A stretch of DNA of 64,000 nucleotides from an uncultured Solirubrobacteraceae bacterium (GTDB taxonomy: Bacteria; Actinomycetota; Thermoleophilia; Solirubrobacterales; Solirubrobacteraceae): assembly GCA_963839615.1 (NCBI GenBank), contig CAWIVY010000008.1, forward strand, positions 535 through 64,534. Direction: 5' to 3'. A program made the translations under genes and the position numbers. A model generated the notes under the pieces. The model ran no database searches. It worked only from the letters and a program-made list of their open reading frames with translations, and was not told the DNA's origin. How positions within the stretch are numbered: the first letter of the stretch is position 1; every line of letters starts with the position of its first letter. Of the stretch, positions 25,826 to 37,240 are shown piece after piece.

Positions 25826-27832
25826 ATGAGCACGAGCACGGACCCCCGCGAGCGCATCGAGGACCTCGCCGCCCGGATCGTCGCGCTCCGCGAGGCCTAC
25901 TACCAGGGCGACCCGCTCGTCGCCGACGCGGACTACGACGCGCTCGAGGACGAGTTGCGCGCCCTGATCGCAGCGCACCCGAAGCTCGCGCCCGACCCCA
26001 ACCCGCTCGAGACCGTCGGCGCGCCGGCGGTGCTGCACTCGCCGGTGCGCCACTCGCGGCCGATGCTGTCGCTCGAGAAGGCGAGCAGGCCGGAGCAGGT
26101 CGCCGCCTTCTTCGACCGCTTCCCGGGCCAGCCGGTCGTCGTGATGCCGAAGCTCGACGGGCTCTCGCTCGCGCTCGTGTACGAGGGCGGCCGCCTGCGC
26201 TGCGCGATCACGCGCGGCGACGGCACGACCGGCGATGACGTGACGATGCTCGTGCGCGCGCTCGCCGACGGCGTGCCCGAGACCGTCGACGCCACCGGCC
26301 GCGTCGAGGTCCGCGGCGAGCTCGTGATGCTGCGCTCGACCTTCGCGGCCTACAACGCCGCGCATCCCGACAAGCCGCTGATCAACCCGCGCGGCGCGGC
26401 GGCGGGGACGATCCGCGCCAAGGACCCGGCCGTCGTCGCGGAGCGCCGGCTGCGGTTCTTCGCCTTCGACCTCGACACCGACGACGGCGTCCAGGCCGAC
26501 GTGGAGGCGGCGCTGCGCACGCTCGGGTTCGAGGCGGCCGACATGCGCCACTGCGACGACGCGGCCGCGGCGCAGGAGGTGATCGGCGCGATCGAGGCGG
26601 AGCGGGCGGACCTCGACTACGACCTCGACGGCGCGGTGCTGCGGCTCGCCGACCGCAACGCCTACGCCGCGGCCGGCACGCGGTCCAACAGCCCGCGCGG
26701 GGCGCTCGCGTTCAAGTACGCCGCCGAGGAGAAGACGACCGTGCTCGCCGACGTCATCTGGGACGTCGGCAAGATCGGCAAGGTCGCCCCGGTCGCAGTG
26801 CTCGAGCCGGTGTTCGTCGGCGGCACGACGGTGACGCGGGCGACGCTGGCCAACCAGGAGGTGATCCGCGCGCGTGACGTCCGCATCGGCGACACCGTGC
26901 TCGTGCGCCGCGCCGGCGACGTGATCCCGTTCGTGGCCGGCGTCCTCGACGCAGCGGGCCGCACCGGCGCGGAGCGCGAGATCGTCGCGCCCGCCGAGTG
27001 CCCTTCCTGCGCCCAGCCGCTGACCGAGCAGGGAAACAGCCGCGAGCTGTACTGCACGAACGTCGCCTGCCCCGCCCAGACCGTGCGGCGGCTGATCCAC
27101 TGGGCGTCGCGCGCGGCCGCGGACATCGAGGCGGTCGGCCCGGTCTGGATCGAGCGCCTCTGCGAGGCCGGGCTGCTCGAGCGCCCGTCGGACTTCTACG
27201 CGCTCGGGCGCGACGACCTGCTCGCGTTCGACGGCATCGCGGAGATCTCGGCCGACCGGATGCTCGAGTCGATCGCCGCCAGCCGCGGGGTCGGGCTGCG
27301 CCGCGCGCTGATCGGCATGGCGATCCCGATGGCCTCCGAGGCCGCCGCCACGCGCCTCTGCCGCGCCGGGTACCGCAACCTCGAGGAGGTCGCCGACGCG
27401 GGCGAGGACGCCCTGCAGCAGGTCGAGGACATCGGGCCGAAGGTCGCGGCGAGCCTGTACTCGCATCTCGCGCGCGACAGCACCCGCGCCGAGATCGCGC
27501 GCCTGCGCGAGCTCGGCGTCGACCTCGACGTCCGCGAGGAGGACCTGCCGCCGGAGGTCGTGTCCGGCGCGCCGCTCGCCGGCAAGACGGTCGTGGTCAC
27601 CGGCACGATCGCCGATCCGCGCAGCGGCGAGAAGGTCGCACGGCCCGTCTTCCAGCGGCTCTGCGAGCGCGCGGGCGCGACAACCGCCTCGTCCGTATCG
27701 GCCAACACCGACATCCTGATCTGCGGCGCCGACGTCGGCGCCGCGAAGACCGCGAAGGCGGAGAAGCTCGGCGTCGACGTCGTCGACCAGGCGGAGATCT
27801 GGCAGCTGCTGATCGGCGCCGGGGTCGCCTGA
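25826..27832 (+). CDS. ligA: NAD-dependent DNA ligase
   Basis: Adenylation motif VMPKLDG, Zn finger CPSCAQPL..C.N..CPAQ, HhH repeats and a BRCT C-terminus. Confidence 0.95.
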   Translation: MSTSTDPRERIEDLAARIVALREAYYQGDPLVADADYDALEDELRALIAAHPKLAPDPNPLETVGAPAVLHSPVRHSRPMLSLEKASRPEQVAAFFDRFPGQPVVVMPKLDGLSLALVYEGGRLRCAITRGDGTTGDDVTMLVRALADGVPETVDATGRVEVRGELVMLRSTFAAYNAAHPDKPLINPRGAAAGTIRAKDPAVVAERRLRFFAFDLDTDDGVQADVEAALRTLGFEAADMRHCDDAAAAQEVIGAIEAERADLDYDLDGAVLRLADRNAYAAAGTRSNSPRGALAFKYAAEEKTTVLADVIWDVGKIGKVAPVAVLEPVFVGGTTVTRATLANQEVIRARDVRIGDTVLVRRAGDVIPFVAGVLDAAGRTGAEREIVAPAECPSCAQPLTEQGNSRELYCTNVACPAQTVRRLIHWASRAAADIEAVGPVWIERLCEAGLLERPSDFYALGRDDLLAFDGIAEISADRMLESIAASRGVGLRRALIGMAIPMASEAAATRLCRAGYRNLEEVADAGEDALQQVEDIGPKVAASLYSHLARDSTRAEIARLRELGVDLDVREEDLPPEVVSGAPLAGKTVVVTGTIADPRSGEKVARPVFQRLCERAGATTASSVSANTDILICGADVGAAKTAKAEKLGVDVVDQAEIWQLLIGAGVA

Positions 27833-27841
27833 GGCGGCGCG

Positions 27842-28300
27842 TCAGCGCCCGAAAGTGCGCAGGAACTCGCGCCCCTGCCCGCTCACGCCGCCGACGATCT
27901 CGCGCACCTCGGCGAGGCCCGCGCGCAGCTCCGGGTCGCCGACCTCGACCGGGCGCATCGAGTCCTGCAGCTCCGCGAGGATGCTGTCGGCCTCGCCGAC
28001 CGCCTGGACAGCGCGATCGAGGAAGCCCTTCACGCCCTGGGAGGGAAGACCTGCCGACGGCTGCTCGAAGCTCCTGCCCTGCAGCCCGTGGCGCTCCGCG
28101 AAGCCGGCGTGCGTTCGCTGCGCGCGGCCGTAGGCCATCTGCACCGGGCGGAAGAGCCGCTCCTCGAGCCTGTCGGCGCTCTGCTCGTCGAGCTGCTCGT
28201 AGGCCGCGCCGAGCGCCGCCAGGGCCAGCCCGAGCTCGCCGATCGCATCGGCGATCGTCTCGAGCAGCTCCTGCCTGGCCTCACCGGCGATGTATGCCAT
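27842..28300 (-). CDS. Hypothetical helical protein
   Basis: 152 aa, 12 nt downstream of the ABC-2 permease stop. No family recognised. Confidence 0.5.
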   Translation of the reverse strand: MAYIAGEARQELLETIADAIGELGLALAALGAAYEQLDEQSADRLEERLFRPVQMAYGRAQRTHAGFAERHGLQGRSFEQPSAGLPSQGVKGFLDRAVQAVGEADSILAELQDSMRPVEVGDPELRAGLAEVREIVGGVSGQGREFLRTFGR

Positions 28301-28312
28301 CCGACTGTCTCC

Positions 28313-29080
28313 TCACGCCCGCAGGCGGTAGCCGCGCGCGAACAGCTTGTAGTTGAGCGTGAACAGCATCACGGCCGCCGCGAACAGGAACAAGAGCGAG
28401 AGCGCGATGCTCGTGTCCGAATAGCCCAGGAACCCGTAGCGCACGAGCCCGATCATGTAGTAGACCGGATCGAAGTAGGTCAGCGTGCGGAACGGCTCGG
28501 GCAGCAGCTCCGCGGAGTAGAACACGCCGCCGAGGAAGATCAGCGGCGTGAGCAGGAACGTCTGGTAGAAGGACACGTCGTCGAACTGCTCGGCGCGCAC
28601 GCCCACGAGCACGCCGAGCTGCGCGAAGAAGAAGCCGACGAGGAAGAGCGACGGGATCAGCACGAGCACGTGGTCGACCGGGATCGATACGAGGATCGCG
28701 GCGGCGGTGAACGTGATCACCGCGACGATCATCCCGCGCAGGAACCCCCCGAGCGAGAACGCGAGCAGCAGCTCGAGCGGCGAGGCGGGGGAGGAGAGCT
28801 GGTCGTCGATCGAGCGCTGGAACTTCTGCTGCAGGATCGACGAGGCGTTGTTCGAGAACGCGTTCATCGCCCAGGCCATCATGATCAGCCCCGGCACGAT
28901 GAAGACGACGTAGTCGACGCCGTGCAGCTTGTCGATGCGCGACCCGAGCGCGGCCCCGAAGACCGAGATGTAGAGGAAGGTCTCGAGCATCGGCGCGCCG
29001 AGCGTCTGGCGCTTGATCTTGAGGAAGCGGGTGACCTCGCGCCGCACGAGCGTGAAGAACCGCACCTGCGTCGCGGTCAC
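28313..29080 (-). CDS. ABC-2 type exporter permease
   Basis: 255-aa polytopic protein. Its GTG start overlaps the ATPase stop (GTGA at 29077-29080). Confidence 0.8.
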   Translation of the reverse strand: MTATQVRFFTLVRREVTRFLKIKRQTLGAPMLETFLYISVFGAALGSRIDKLHGVDYVVFIVPGLIMMAWAMNAFSNNASSILQQKFQRSIDDQLSSPASPLELLLAFSLGGFLRGMIVAVITFTAAAILVSIPVDHVLVLIPSLFLVGFFFAQLGVLVGVRAEQFDDVSFYQTFLLTPLIFLGGVFYSAELLPEPFRTLTYFDPVYYMIGLVRYGFLGYSDTSIALSLLFLFAAAVMLFTLNYKLFARGYRLRA

Positions 29081-29844
29081 GGCACGTCCCCCGCGATGTG
29101 CGCGCGCGAGAGCTCCTTGCGGCCGACGAGCGCGAGGTAGGCGTCCTCGAGGCTCTCGACGCCGTAGGTGTCGGCCAGCTCGCGGCTCGATCCCTGCGCG
29201 ACGATCTGGCCGTCGCTGATGAACGCGATCCGGTCGCACAGCCGCTCGGCCTCTTCGAGGTAGTGCGTCGTCAGCAGGATCGTCGTGCCCTCGGCGTTGA
29301 TCCGCTGGACGTACTGCCACAGCTCGAGCCGCAACTCGACGTCGACGCCCGCCGTCGGCTCGTCGAGGATCAGTAGCCGCGGCCGGTGCATCAGCGCCCG
29401 CGCGAGGATCAGCCTGCGCTTCATGCCGCCCGAGAGCGTGCGCGTCCGCTCGTCGCGCTTCGAGGTCAGCGAGAAGGCGTCGAGCAGCTCGGCGGCGCGC
29501 TCCTTGCGCTCGCGCCGCGGCATCCCGAAGTAGCCGCCGTGGTAGTCGAGCGTCTCCTCGACCGTGAGGAACCAGTCGAGGTTGAGGTCCTGGGGAGCGA
29601 GCCCGACCGCCAGGCGCGCCTCGCCGTAGTGGTGGATCGCGTCATGCCCGAACACGCGGATCTCGCCGGCGGTCGGCTGGGCGAGCCCGGTCGTGCAGTG
29701 GATCAGCGTCGATTTTCCGGCTCCGTTGGGGCCCAGCAGGCCGAAGAACTCGCCCTCGGCGATCTCCAGCGAGACGCTCTTCAGCGCCTCGGTGCCGGTC
29801 GGGTATCGCTTGACGAGGTCGGCGACATGGAGCGCGGGGGCCAT
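29077..29844 (-). CDS. ABC transporter ATP-binding protein (DrrA-like)
   Basis: Walker A GPNGAGKST, signature LSGGMKRR and Walker B LLILDEPT. The ATG at 29844 gives MAPALHVADLVKRY. Confidence 0.9.
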   Translation of the reverse strand: MAPALHVADLVKRYPTGTEALKSVSLEIAEGEFFGLLGPNGAGKSTLIHCTTGLAQPTAGEIRVFGHDAIHHYGEARLAVGLAPQDLNLDWFLTVEETLDYHGGYFGMPRRERKERAAELLDAFSLTSKRDERTRTLSGGMKRRLILARALMHRPRLLILDEPTAGVDVELRLELWQYVQRINAEGTTILLTTHYLEEAERLCDRIAFISDGQIVAQGSSRELADTYGVESLEDAYLALVGRKELSRAHIAGDVP

Positions 29845-29977
29845 CTGCCCCGCGGTGATAGCGCATCGACGGGCCCGTTCCAGTGTGGCTGGCCGCACGT
29901 GCGGGGATCGGAGGTGTTACCGCTCAGATACGGGGTACGGGTGCCGCGGCAGGGGTCGGCAGCGGAAGGGGAGGCAT

Positions 29978-32290
29978 ATGTCCAGGTTCAGGCATCGGGC
30001 TGCGATCGCGGTTGCGGCGCTCGCGGTCAGTGCGGCGGCGGCCGGCGGCGTGGTCGCGGCGACGCAGCCGAGCGATGAGGCGGCGCTGCAACCCGCGCGC
30101 CAACCCGCCGACCCGGCGATCGAGACGCGGGTCAACGAGCTGCTCGCGAAGATGTCGACCGACGAGAAGCTGCAGCAGGTGTCGCTGCTGCCGGACTTCA
30201 AGGCAACGGACGACGTTATCCGCAAGGGGCTCGGCTCGGTCCTGAGCGTCACCGACCCGGTGACGATCAGGCGGATGCAGCGCATCGCCGTGGAGGAGAC
30301 GCGTCTGAAGATCCCGCTGCTGTTCGCGTTCGACACGATCCACGGGTTCCGGACCGTCTTCCCGATCCCGCTCGGCACCGGCGCGAGCTTCGATCCGAAC
30401 GTCGCGAGCACCGACGCCAGGTTCGGCGCCCGCGAGTCCGCGGCCGTCGGCCTCAAGCAGACCTACGCGCCGATGGTCGACGTCTCGCACGAGCCGCGCT
30501 GGGGTCGCATCTCGGAGGCCGCCGGGGAGGATCCCTACCTGAACTCGGTGATGGGCGCCGCGCGCGTCAAGGGCACGCAGGGGCCGAACTACAGCGCGCG
30601 CGACAGGCTGATCGCCAGCCCGAAGCACTTCGCCGCGTACGGGGAGCCGGAGGCCGGGCGCGACTACGCCACCACCGACATGTCCGAGCAACGGCTGTGG
30701 AACATGTACCTGCCGCCGTTCAAGGCGGCGCTCGACGCCGGCGCCGACACCTTCATGTGCTCGTTCAACTCGCTGAACGGCTCGCCGGGATGCGGCAACA
30801 GCTACCTGATGAACGACATCCTCAAGGGTCAGTGGGACTTCGACGGCTTCGTCGAGAGCGACTGGACCGCCGTCGCCGAGCTGCGCGCGTGCCCGCCGAA
30901 GAACCCCGACGCGGGCGAGTGTGGCCACGGCGTGGCCGCCGACGGCCCGGAGGCCGCGGCGCTCGCGCTCAACTCCGGCGTGGATTCCGAGATGACCAGC
31001 ACGCTGATCCCCGACTTCGGCAAGCAGCTCCTCGCCGACGGCCGGATCTCCATGGACCGGCTCGATGACGCGGTGCGCAGGATCCTGCGCGTGAAGTTCC
31101 GCGCCGGCCTGTTCGAGAACCCGTACTCGCCCTTCCTGCCGGAGGAGACCGAGGCCGAGATGCTCAAGCCGGACGCGCGCAAGGCCGCCCGGGACGCCGC
31201 GGGCCGTTCGATGGTGCTGCTCAAGAACTCCGGCGGCACGCTTCCGTTCAACCCCGCGAAGAAGACGGCCGTGATCGGCCCGCTCGGCAAGAACCAGCAC
31301 GACCTGCTCGGCCCATGGTGGGGACGCGGCGACGACAACGACGTCGTCACGGTCTTCGACGGGATCGACGAGCAGAACACCGGGCGCACGACGTTCTCGC
31401 AGGGCTGCACGCTCTCGAACACCGAGGTGCCGCACACCGATCCGGAGGGCTGCGGCTCGAGCGCTGGGTTCGCTCGCGCGGTCGCGACCGCGAGGGCGGC
31501 GGACCAGGTCGTGATCGCCGTCGGCGAGACGCGCGAGATGAGCGGTGAGGCGAATGCCCGCAGCAAGCTGGATCTGCCCGGCATGCAGGAGGAGCTGATC
31601 AAGCGGATCAGCGCCACCGGCAAGCCGGTCGCCGTCGTGCTCTTCAGCGGCCGTCCGCTGGCGCTGGAGGAGATCGTCGACGACGCGCCCGCGATCCTCG
31701 AGGCGTGGTTCCCCGGCGTCGAGGGCGGCAACGCGGTCGCCGACGTCGTCTTCGGCAAGGTCAATCCCGGCGGCAAGCTGCCGGCATCGTTCCCGTACCG
31801 GGTCGGGCAGGTGCCGATCTACTACAACCACGATCCGGCCGGGCGCCCGTGCAACAAGGACGTCAAGTGGAATTCGCAGCACCGCGACATCCCGAGCTGC
31901 GACCCGCTGTTCAACTTCGGGTTCGGGCTGAGCTACACGACGTTCGAGGTCTCGAACCTGCAGCTGAGCTCGTCGCAGGTGTCGCCCGAGGGCAGCGTGA
32001 AGGCGACGGTGAGCGTGAAGAACACGGGCAGCAAGAAGGGCGACGAGGTCGTGCAGGTGTACATCCACGATCCGGTCGCGAGCCTCTCGCAGCCGGTTCG
32101 GCGGCTGCGCGGGTTCGAGCGCGTGACGCTCGCGCCGGGCGAGTCGCGGAAGGTGACGTTCACGCTCGACAAGAGCGACTTCGGGTTCTACGACAACCGC
32201 GGGAAGTTCGTCGTCGAGCCGGGCCGGATCGACGTCTACGCGGGCAACAGCTCGAAGGCCGAGATGAAGGAGTCGTTCACGGTCGGGTGA
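29978..32290 (+). CDS. bglX: Secreted GH3 beta-glucosidase
   Basis: RBS GGAAGGGGAGG precedes the ATG at 29978. Signal peptide and GH3 motifs (KHFAAYG, GFVESDW) are present, with an Fn3-like C-terminus. Confidence 0.9.
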   Translation: MSRFRHRAAIAVAALAVSAAAAGGVVAATQPSDEAALQPARQPADPAIETRVNELLAKMSTDEKLQQVSLLPDFKATDDVIRKGLGSVLSVTDPVTIRRMQRIAVEETRLKIPLLFAFDTIHGFRTVFPIPLGTGASFDPNVASTDARFGARESAAVGLKQTYAPMVDVSHEPRWGRISEAAGEDPYLNSVMGAARVKGTQGPNYSARDRLIASPKHFAAYGEPEAGRDYATTDMSEQRLWNMYLPPFKAALDAGADTFMCSFNSLNGSPGCGNSYLMNDILKGQWDFDGFVESDWTAVAELRACPPKNPDAGECGHGVAADGPEAAALALNSGVDSEMTSTLIPDFGKQLLADGRISMDRLDDAVRRILRVKFRAGLFENPYSPFLPEETEAEMLKPDARKAARDAAGRSMVLLKNSGGTLPFNPAKKTAVIGPLGKNQHDLLGPWWGRGDDNDVVTVFDGIDEQNTGRTTFSQGCTLSNTEVPHTDPEGCGSSAGFARAVATARAADQVVIAVGETREMSGEANARSKLDLPGMQEELIKRISATGKPVAVVLFSGRPLALEEIVDDAPAILEAWFPGVEGGNAVADVVFGKVNPGGKLPASFPYRVGQVPIYYNHDPAGRPCNKDVKWNSQHRDIPSCDPLFNFGFGLSYTTFEVSNLQLSSSQVSPEGSVKATVSVKNTGSKKGDEVVQVYIHDPVASLSQPVRRLRGFERVTLAPGESRKVTFTLDKSDFGFYDNRGKFVVEPGRIDVYAGNSSKAEMKESFTVG

Positions 32291-32312
32291 TCGCGCCGTA
32301 TGCTCGCGCGGC

Positions 32313-33731
32313 GTGGACCTCCGCACCGCCTCCTTCCTGCGCCACGCGCGCGAGCTGACCGAGCTCGGCCGCCACGACGAGGCGGCCGGGCTCGAGCGCC
32401 AGGCGCGTGACGCGGCGGCGCGCGCCGGCGATCCGCCGGATGCGCTGCTCGCCTGGAACGCCCAGGTCGGCCGCCGCGCCTTCCTGCAGTCGGACTGGGC
32501 GGCGGCGGAGAGCGCGCTCGAGCAGGCGATCGCGCTCGCCGTCCCGGCCGGCGCGACGCCGCGCGACCGCTTCGACCTCGAGCTGCGGCTCGGCCTCGTG
32601 CTGCAGCGGCTCGGGCGGACCGGCGACGCCGTCGCGCAGCTCGAGCGCACGCTGGCGCTCGCGCAGGGCGTCGGGCCCGCGTTCTCGCCCCCGCCGGCCG
32701 TCTACCGCGCGCTGGCCGAGAGCCTGCGCGCTGCCGGCCGCGAGCAGGACGCCGAGCGCGCCGAGGCCGCGCTCGCCGAGACCGAGCGGATCGCCGCCGA
32801 GCGGAGCGGCGCCGAGCGCCCGCGCGAAGCCGCGGCCCCGGCCGCTCCGCAGCGGCCGCGTGCACCGCTCCCGCCGCCGCTGGAGGCGCCGCGCGACGAC
32901 AGCTTCGACGCCGTCTTCCGCGACCTCGACGCGCTGATCGGGCTCGCCGACGCGAAGGCGCAGTTCCGCCGCCTCGCCGACCTGCTGCGCGTCAACCAGC
33001 AGCGTCGCCGTCACGGGCTCAAGACCGCCGGCGTGGTCCTGCACATGGTGTTCGTCGGCGGCCCCGGCACCGGCAAGACGACGCTCGCGCGGCTGGTCGG
33101 CCGGCTCTACCACGCGCTCGAGCTGCTCGAGACCGGCGACGTGGTCGAGGTGACGCGCGCCGACCTCGTCTCCGGCTTCGTCGGCCAGACGGCGCAGCGC
33201 ACGAACGACGTGATCGACTCGGCGCTCGGCAAGGTCCTGTTCGTCGACGAGGCGTATGCGCTGTCGCGCCCGGGCGCGGACGGCGACTTCGGCCCGGAGG
33301 CGGTCGCCGAGCTGCTGAAGCGGATGGAGGACGACCGCGAGCGGCTCGCGGTGATCATCGCCGGCTACCCCGATGAGATCGACGCGTTCCTCGCCACCAA
33401 CCCGGGCCTCGCCAGCCGCTTCGGCGAGACGCTCACGTTCGCCGACTTCTCGCCCGCCGAGCTCGCCGAGATCTTCGAGCGCAGCTTCTGCCTGCCGACG
33501 GACTACCGCCTCTCCGAGCCCGCGCGCGCCGAGCTCGCGCGCACCACCGCCGAGCTGCACGCGGCGCGCGACCGCTCGTTCGCGAACGCGCGCACGATGC
33601 GCAACCTGTTCGACGACGCGATCGCGCATCAGGCGCAGCGGCTCGGCGCGGATGCCACCCGCGACGAGCTGATGACGCTGCAGCCCGAGGACCTCAGTGC
33701 CGCACTACGGTCCGGCTCTGCTCGCGCATGA
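32313..33731 (+). CDS. TPR-like N-domain plus CbbX/SpoVK-type AAA+ ATPase
   Basis: Walker A GGPGTGKTT, Walker B LFVDEAY, and the CbbX-like segments LIGL..K and IIAGY. Confidence 0.8.
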   Translation: MDLRTASFLRHARELTELGRHDEAAGLERQARDAAARAGDPPDALLAWNAQVGRRAFLQSDWAAAESALEQAIALAVPAGATPRDRFDLELRLGLVLQRLGRTGDAVAQLERTLALAQGVGPAFSPPPAVYRALAESLRAAGREQDAERAEAALAETERIAAERSGAERPREAAAPAAPQRPRAPLPPPLEAPRDDSFDAVFRDLDALIGLADAKAQFRRLADLLRVNQQRRRHGLKTAGVVLHMVFVGGPGTGKTTLARLVGRLYHALELLETGDVVEVTRADLVSGFVGQTAQRTNDVIDSALGKVLFVDEAYALSRPGADGDFGPEAVAELLKRMEDDRERLAVIIAGYPDEIDAFLATNPGLASRFGETLTFADFSPAELAEIFERSFCLPTDYRLSEPARAELARTTAELHAARDRSFANARTMRNLFDDAIAHQAQRLGADATRDELMTLQPEDLSAALRSGSARA

Positions 33732-35238
33732 ACTGCTGCACGTAGTAGGGCCCGAGGCCTCCCTTGCCGGTCGACCCGCTGCTCTTCCAGCCGCAGAACG
33801 ACTGGAACCCCGGCCAGGCGCCGGTCGTCGCGCCCGCGCGGCGGTTGACGTAGACCACGCCGGCCTCGATCTCGTCGAGGAAGCGCGCCAGCTCGGCGTC
33901 GTCGGAGCTGAACACGCCGGCGGTCAAGCCGTAGTCGATCGCGTTCGCCTCGGCCAGCGCCTCGTCGAACGAGCCGACGCGCGTGACCGCCACGAACGGC
34001 ACGAACAGCTCGTCGCGCGTGAGCCGGTGACCGGCCGGCAGGCCGGTCACGACCGTCGGCGCGACGAAGTGGCCGGGCAGGTCGAGCAGGCTGCCGCCGA
34101 CCGCCACCGCGCCGTCGCGCGCGGCGTCCGCGACCGCCGCCTCGAAGCGCTCGACCGCGCGCTCGTCGATCACCGGGCCGGTGAAGGCGGCGCGGTCGCC
34201 GGGGTCGCCGACGACCAGCTCGGTCGCGCGCGCGGCCAGCCGCTCGACCAACTCGTCGTGGACGGAGTCGAGCACGATCGCGCGCGAGCAGGCGCTGCAC
34301 TTCTGGCCCGAGAAGCCGTACGCGGACGAGGCGATGCCGGCCGCCGCCGCGTCGAGGTCGGCGCTGTCGCACACGATCGCCGGGTTCTTGCCGCCCATCT
34401 CGGTGATCGCCGGACGCGCGTACGGGCCTTCCTGGAAGCGGCGGCCGAGCGCCCGGCCGACCTCGGCCGAGCCGGTGAAGACGACACCGTCGAGCGCGCC
34501 CTCGGCGAGCGCGCGGCCGGTCGCGGCACCGCCGTGCACGAGCCCCACGACGCCGTCGGGCAGCCCCGCGGCCGCGAACGCCTCGCCGATCAGCGCGCCC
34601 GAGAGCGGCGTCTGCTCGGACGGCTTGAGCACGACGGTGTTGCCGGCGACGAGCGCGCCGGCGGCCATGCCGGTGACGAGCGCGACGGGGAAGTTGAACG
34701 GCCCGATCACGCCGAAGACGCCGAACGGCCGCAGCACGCTCTGGTTCGTCTCCTCGGGCGAGAGCTGGCCGAGCGCCACCTCGAAGCCGCCGTGGCGCTC
34801 GATCTGCTCGCAGTAGGCCTCGATCAGGTCGACCGCCTCCTGGACCTCGGCGATCGACTCGGTGCGGCTCTTGCCGGTCTCGACCGTGACCGCCGCGGCC
34901 AGCTCCATGTGGCGCTCGGCGATCGCCGCGCCGGCGCGGCGCAGTGCGGCGCAGCGATCCTCGACGCCGGCGCGGCGCCACCCGGGCTGCGCGGCCCGCG
35001 CTCGCTCGACGGCCTCGGCGACAAGCCCTTCCGGTGCCTCGTGGGCGCGGCTGGCGACCGCATGCGAGCGGCTCGGGTCGTGGCGCTCGAACGGCGTGCC
35101 GTCGAACGATGCGGCGCCGCCGATCACGTGCGGCAGCGGATCCGCGGGGCCGCCGCGGACGGCCTCGAGCGCCGCCTCGAAGGCGCTGTCGGTCTCGGGC
35201 GCGGCGGTTCCGCTCGTATAGGTCAGACGGGCGCTCAA
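33694..35238 (-). CDS. Aldehyde dehydrogenase, 1-pyrroline-5-carboxylate dehydrogenase-like
   Basis: ALDH motifs ([17 protein letters not shown]) and the C-terminal [23 protein letters not shown] lies 7 nt before the TTG at 35238, which overlaps the oppF-like stop (TTGA). Confidence 0.85.
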   Translation of the reverse strand: MSARLTYTSGTAAPETDSAFEAALEAVRGGPADPLPHVIGGAASFDGTPFERHDPSRSHAVASRAHEAPEGLVAEAVERARAAQPGWRRAGVEDRCAALRRAGAAIAERHMELAAAVTVETGKSRTESIAEVQEAVDLIEAYCEQIERHGGFEVALGQLSPEETNQSVLRPFGVFGVIGPFNFPVALVTGMAAGALVAGNTVVLKPSEQTPLSGALIGEAFAAAGLPDGVVGLVHGGAATGRALAEGALDGVVFTGSAEVGRALGRRFQEGPYARPAITEMGGKNPAIVCDSADLDAAAAGIASSAYGFSGQKCSACSRAIVLDSVHDELVERLAARATELVVGDPGDRAAFTGPVIDERAVERFEAAVADAARDGAVAVGGSLLDLPGHFVAPTVVTGLPAGHRLTRDELFVPFVAVTRVGSFDEALAEANAIDYGLTAGVFSSDDAELARFLDEIEAGVVYVNRRAGATTGAWPGFQSFCGWKSSGSTGKGGLGPYYVQQFMREQSRTVVRH

Positions 35239-36251
35239 GCGGACACTCCTTCCTCGCGGGGGGCAGCGGTGACAGCGTGGCAGGCGGCGGCGTGGGCGGA
35301 TCCCGGGGCCGCGCCTGGGACCGGCTCGAGGCCGAGGTCCTCGCCGCGGCAGCGCTGCTCGATCCCGATCCGCTCGGCCTCGCCGGAGGCGACGAGCGGG
35401 CAGCGTGGATGGAAGCGGCAGCCCGCCGGGATGCGCGTCGGGTCGGGGGCTTCGCCGCTGAGGATCTGCGGCTCGCGATGCGCGGTCTCGGGCACGACGG
35501 AGAGCAGCGCCTGGGTGTAGGGATGGCGCGGCGCGGCCAGCAGCTCCTCGGTGGTGCCCTGCTCGACGATCCTGCCGAGGTACATGACTGCGATCCGGTC
35601 GGCGATGTTCCACGCGAGCCCGAGGTCGTGGGTGACGACGAGGATCGTGACCCCCGTCTCGCGCACGAGTCGGAGCATGAGCGCGAGGATCTCGCCGCGC
35701 ACCGACGCGTCGAGGCTCGAGACCGGCTCGTCGGCTACGACCAGCCCCGGCTCCAGGACCATCGCGCCGGCGATCACGACGCGCTGGCGCTGCCCGCCCG
35801 AGACCTCATAGGGGTAGCGGGCGAAGAAGCGCTCGGGCGGGCGCAGGCCGGCGCGGGAGAGCGCCTCGGCGACCTGCGCCTCCTCGTCGCCGCCGGTCTT
35901 CTGGACCCGCAGCCCCTCGGCCACCGCCTCGTAGATCGTCTGGCGCACGTTGAGCGCGCCGGTCGGATCCTGGAAGACCATCTGCACGTCGCGCCGGTAG
36001 GCGCGCAGCGAGCGGCGGTCGTAGCGCAGCGGCTCACCGCGATAGAGCACCTCGCCGGCCGCGGGCCGCTCCAGCCCCATGATCGCCCGCGCGAGCGTCG
36101 TCTTGCCGCAGCCCGACTCGCCGACGAGCGCGAGCACCTCGCCCGCGGGCAGCGCCAGGTCGACGCCGTCGACGGCGCGCGCGACGCTGCCGCGGCGCCC
36201 GCGGTAGCGGACATGCAGGTCGCGCAGCTCGAGCAGCGGCGTCGCAGTCAT
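35235..36251 (-). CDS. Peptide ABC transporter ATP-binding protein (OppF/DppF-like)
   Basis: Walker [10 protein letters not shown] and signature SGGQRQR. The ATG at 36251 overlaps the upstream stop (ATGA). Confidence 0.85.
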   Translation of the reverse strand: MTATPLLELRDLHVRYRGRRGSVARAVDGVDLALPAGEVLALVGESGCGKTTLARAIMGLERPAAGEVLYRGEPLRYDRRSLRAYRRDVQMVFQDPTGALNVRQTIYEAVAEGLRVQKTGGDEEAQVAEALSRAGLRPPERFFARYPYEVSGGQRQRVVIAGAMVLEPGLVVADEPVSSLDASVRGEILALMLRLVRETGVTILVVTHDLGLAWNIADRIAVMYLGRIVEQGTTEELLAAPRHPYTQALLSVVPETAHREPQILSGEAPDPTRIPAGCRFHPRCPLVASGEAERIGIEQRCRGEDLGLEPVPGAAPGSAHAAACHAVTAAPREEGVSA

Positions 36252-37195
36252 TGCCCGAGCACCTCGACGCACGCGGCACGCCGGGACTGGCCGGCCGGCC
36301 ACAGCTCGACGGCCGTGCGCGGGCACTGCTCGCGCACGACGGGACAGCGCGGGTGGAACGTGCAGCCCGTCGGCAGCTCGCGCGGGTCGGGAGGATCGCC
36401 GGGCAGGCCGGACGGGTTGTGGCGGAAGGCGGGGTCGCCGATCACCGGGAAGGCCGCGGCGAGCGCGCGCGTGTAGGGATGCGCGGGCGCGGCGAAGACC
36501 TCGCGCGCCGGGCCCTCCTCGACGATCCGCCCGGCGTACATCACCGCGAGCCGCCGGCAGGCCGCCGCGAGCGTCGACAGGTCGTGGGTGATGAACAGGA
36601 CGGCGAGCCCGAGCTCGGCTTGGAGCGTCGCGAGCAGCCGCAGGATCTGCGCCTGCACCATCACGTCGAGCGCGGTCGTCGGCTCGTCGGCGACGAGCAG
36701 CTTCGGGTCGCACGCGAGCGCGAGCGCGATCAGCACGCGCTGGCGCTGGCCGCCGGAGAGCTGGTGCGGATGGTCGGCCGCGCGGCGCGCGGGCAGCCCG
36801 ACCAGCTCCAGCAGCTCCGCCACCCGCTTGCGCGTCGGGCCCTTGCCGGGCGTCGGGTGCAGCTCGATCGCCTCGCCGATCTGGCGCCCGATCCGCTGCA
36901 CCGGGTTGAGCGTGTGCAGTGCGCCCTGGAACACGATCGCCATGCCCGACCAGCGGACCGCGCGCAGCCGGCCGGGCTTCATCGCCAGCACGTCCTCGCC
37001 CTCGAGCAGGACCTCGCCGGTGATCGTGGTGCCCTGCGGCAGCAGCCGCAGCAGCGCGCCGGCCAGGGTCGACTTGCCGCAACCGGACTCTCCCGCCAGC
37101 CCGAGCGTCTCGCCGGCGGCCAGGTCGAGATCGACCCCGCGCACCGCGGGCAGCGGGCCGGCGCCGGTGCGGTAGGTCACGTGCAGGTCGCGCAC
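36248..37195 (-). CDS. Peptide ABC transporter ATP-binding protein (OppD/DppD-like)
   Basis: Walker [10 protein letters not shown], signature SGGQRQR and a C-terminal oligopeptide-ABC CxxHPRC motif. Confidence 0.85.
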   Translation of the reverse strand: MRDLHVTYRTGAGPLPAVRGVDLDLAAGETLGLAGESGCGKSTLAGALLRLLPQGTTITGEVLLEGEDVLAMKPGRLRAVRWSGMAIVFQGALHTLNPVQRIGRQIGEAIELHPTPGKGPTRKRVAELLELVGLPARRAADHPHQLSGGQRQRVLIALALACDPKLLVADEPTTALDVMVQAQILRLLATLQAELGLAVLFITHDLSTLAAACRRLAVMYAGRIVEEGPAREVFAAPAHPYTRALAAAFPVIGDPAFRHNPSGLPGDPPDPRELPTGCTFHPRCPVVREQCPRTAVELWPAGQSRRAACVEVLGQ

Positions 37196-37240
37196 CGACA
37201 GCAGCGGCGGCGGCTCCGGGCGCGGGCAGCGGCTCGGCGC

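Noticed and set aside
32313-33731. TPR plus CbbX-type AAA+ protein as an EccA-like marker of a type VII secretion locus.
   Set aside because: No EccB/C/D/E, mycosin or WXG100-like genes lie anywhere nearby. The neighbours are a beta-glucosidase and an aldehyde dehydrogenase.
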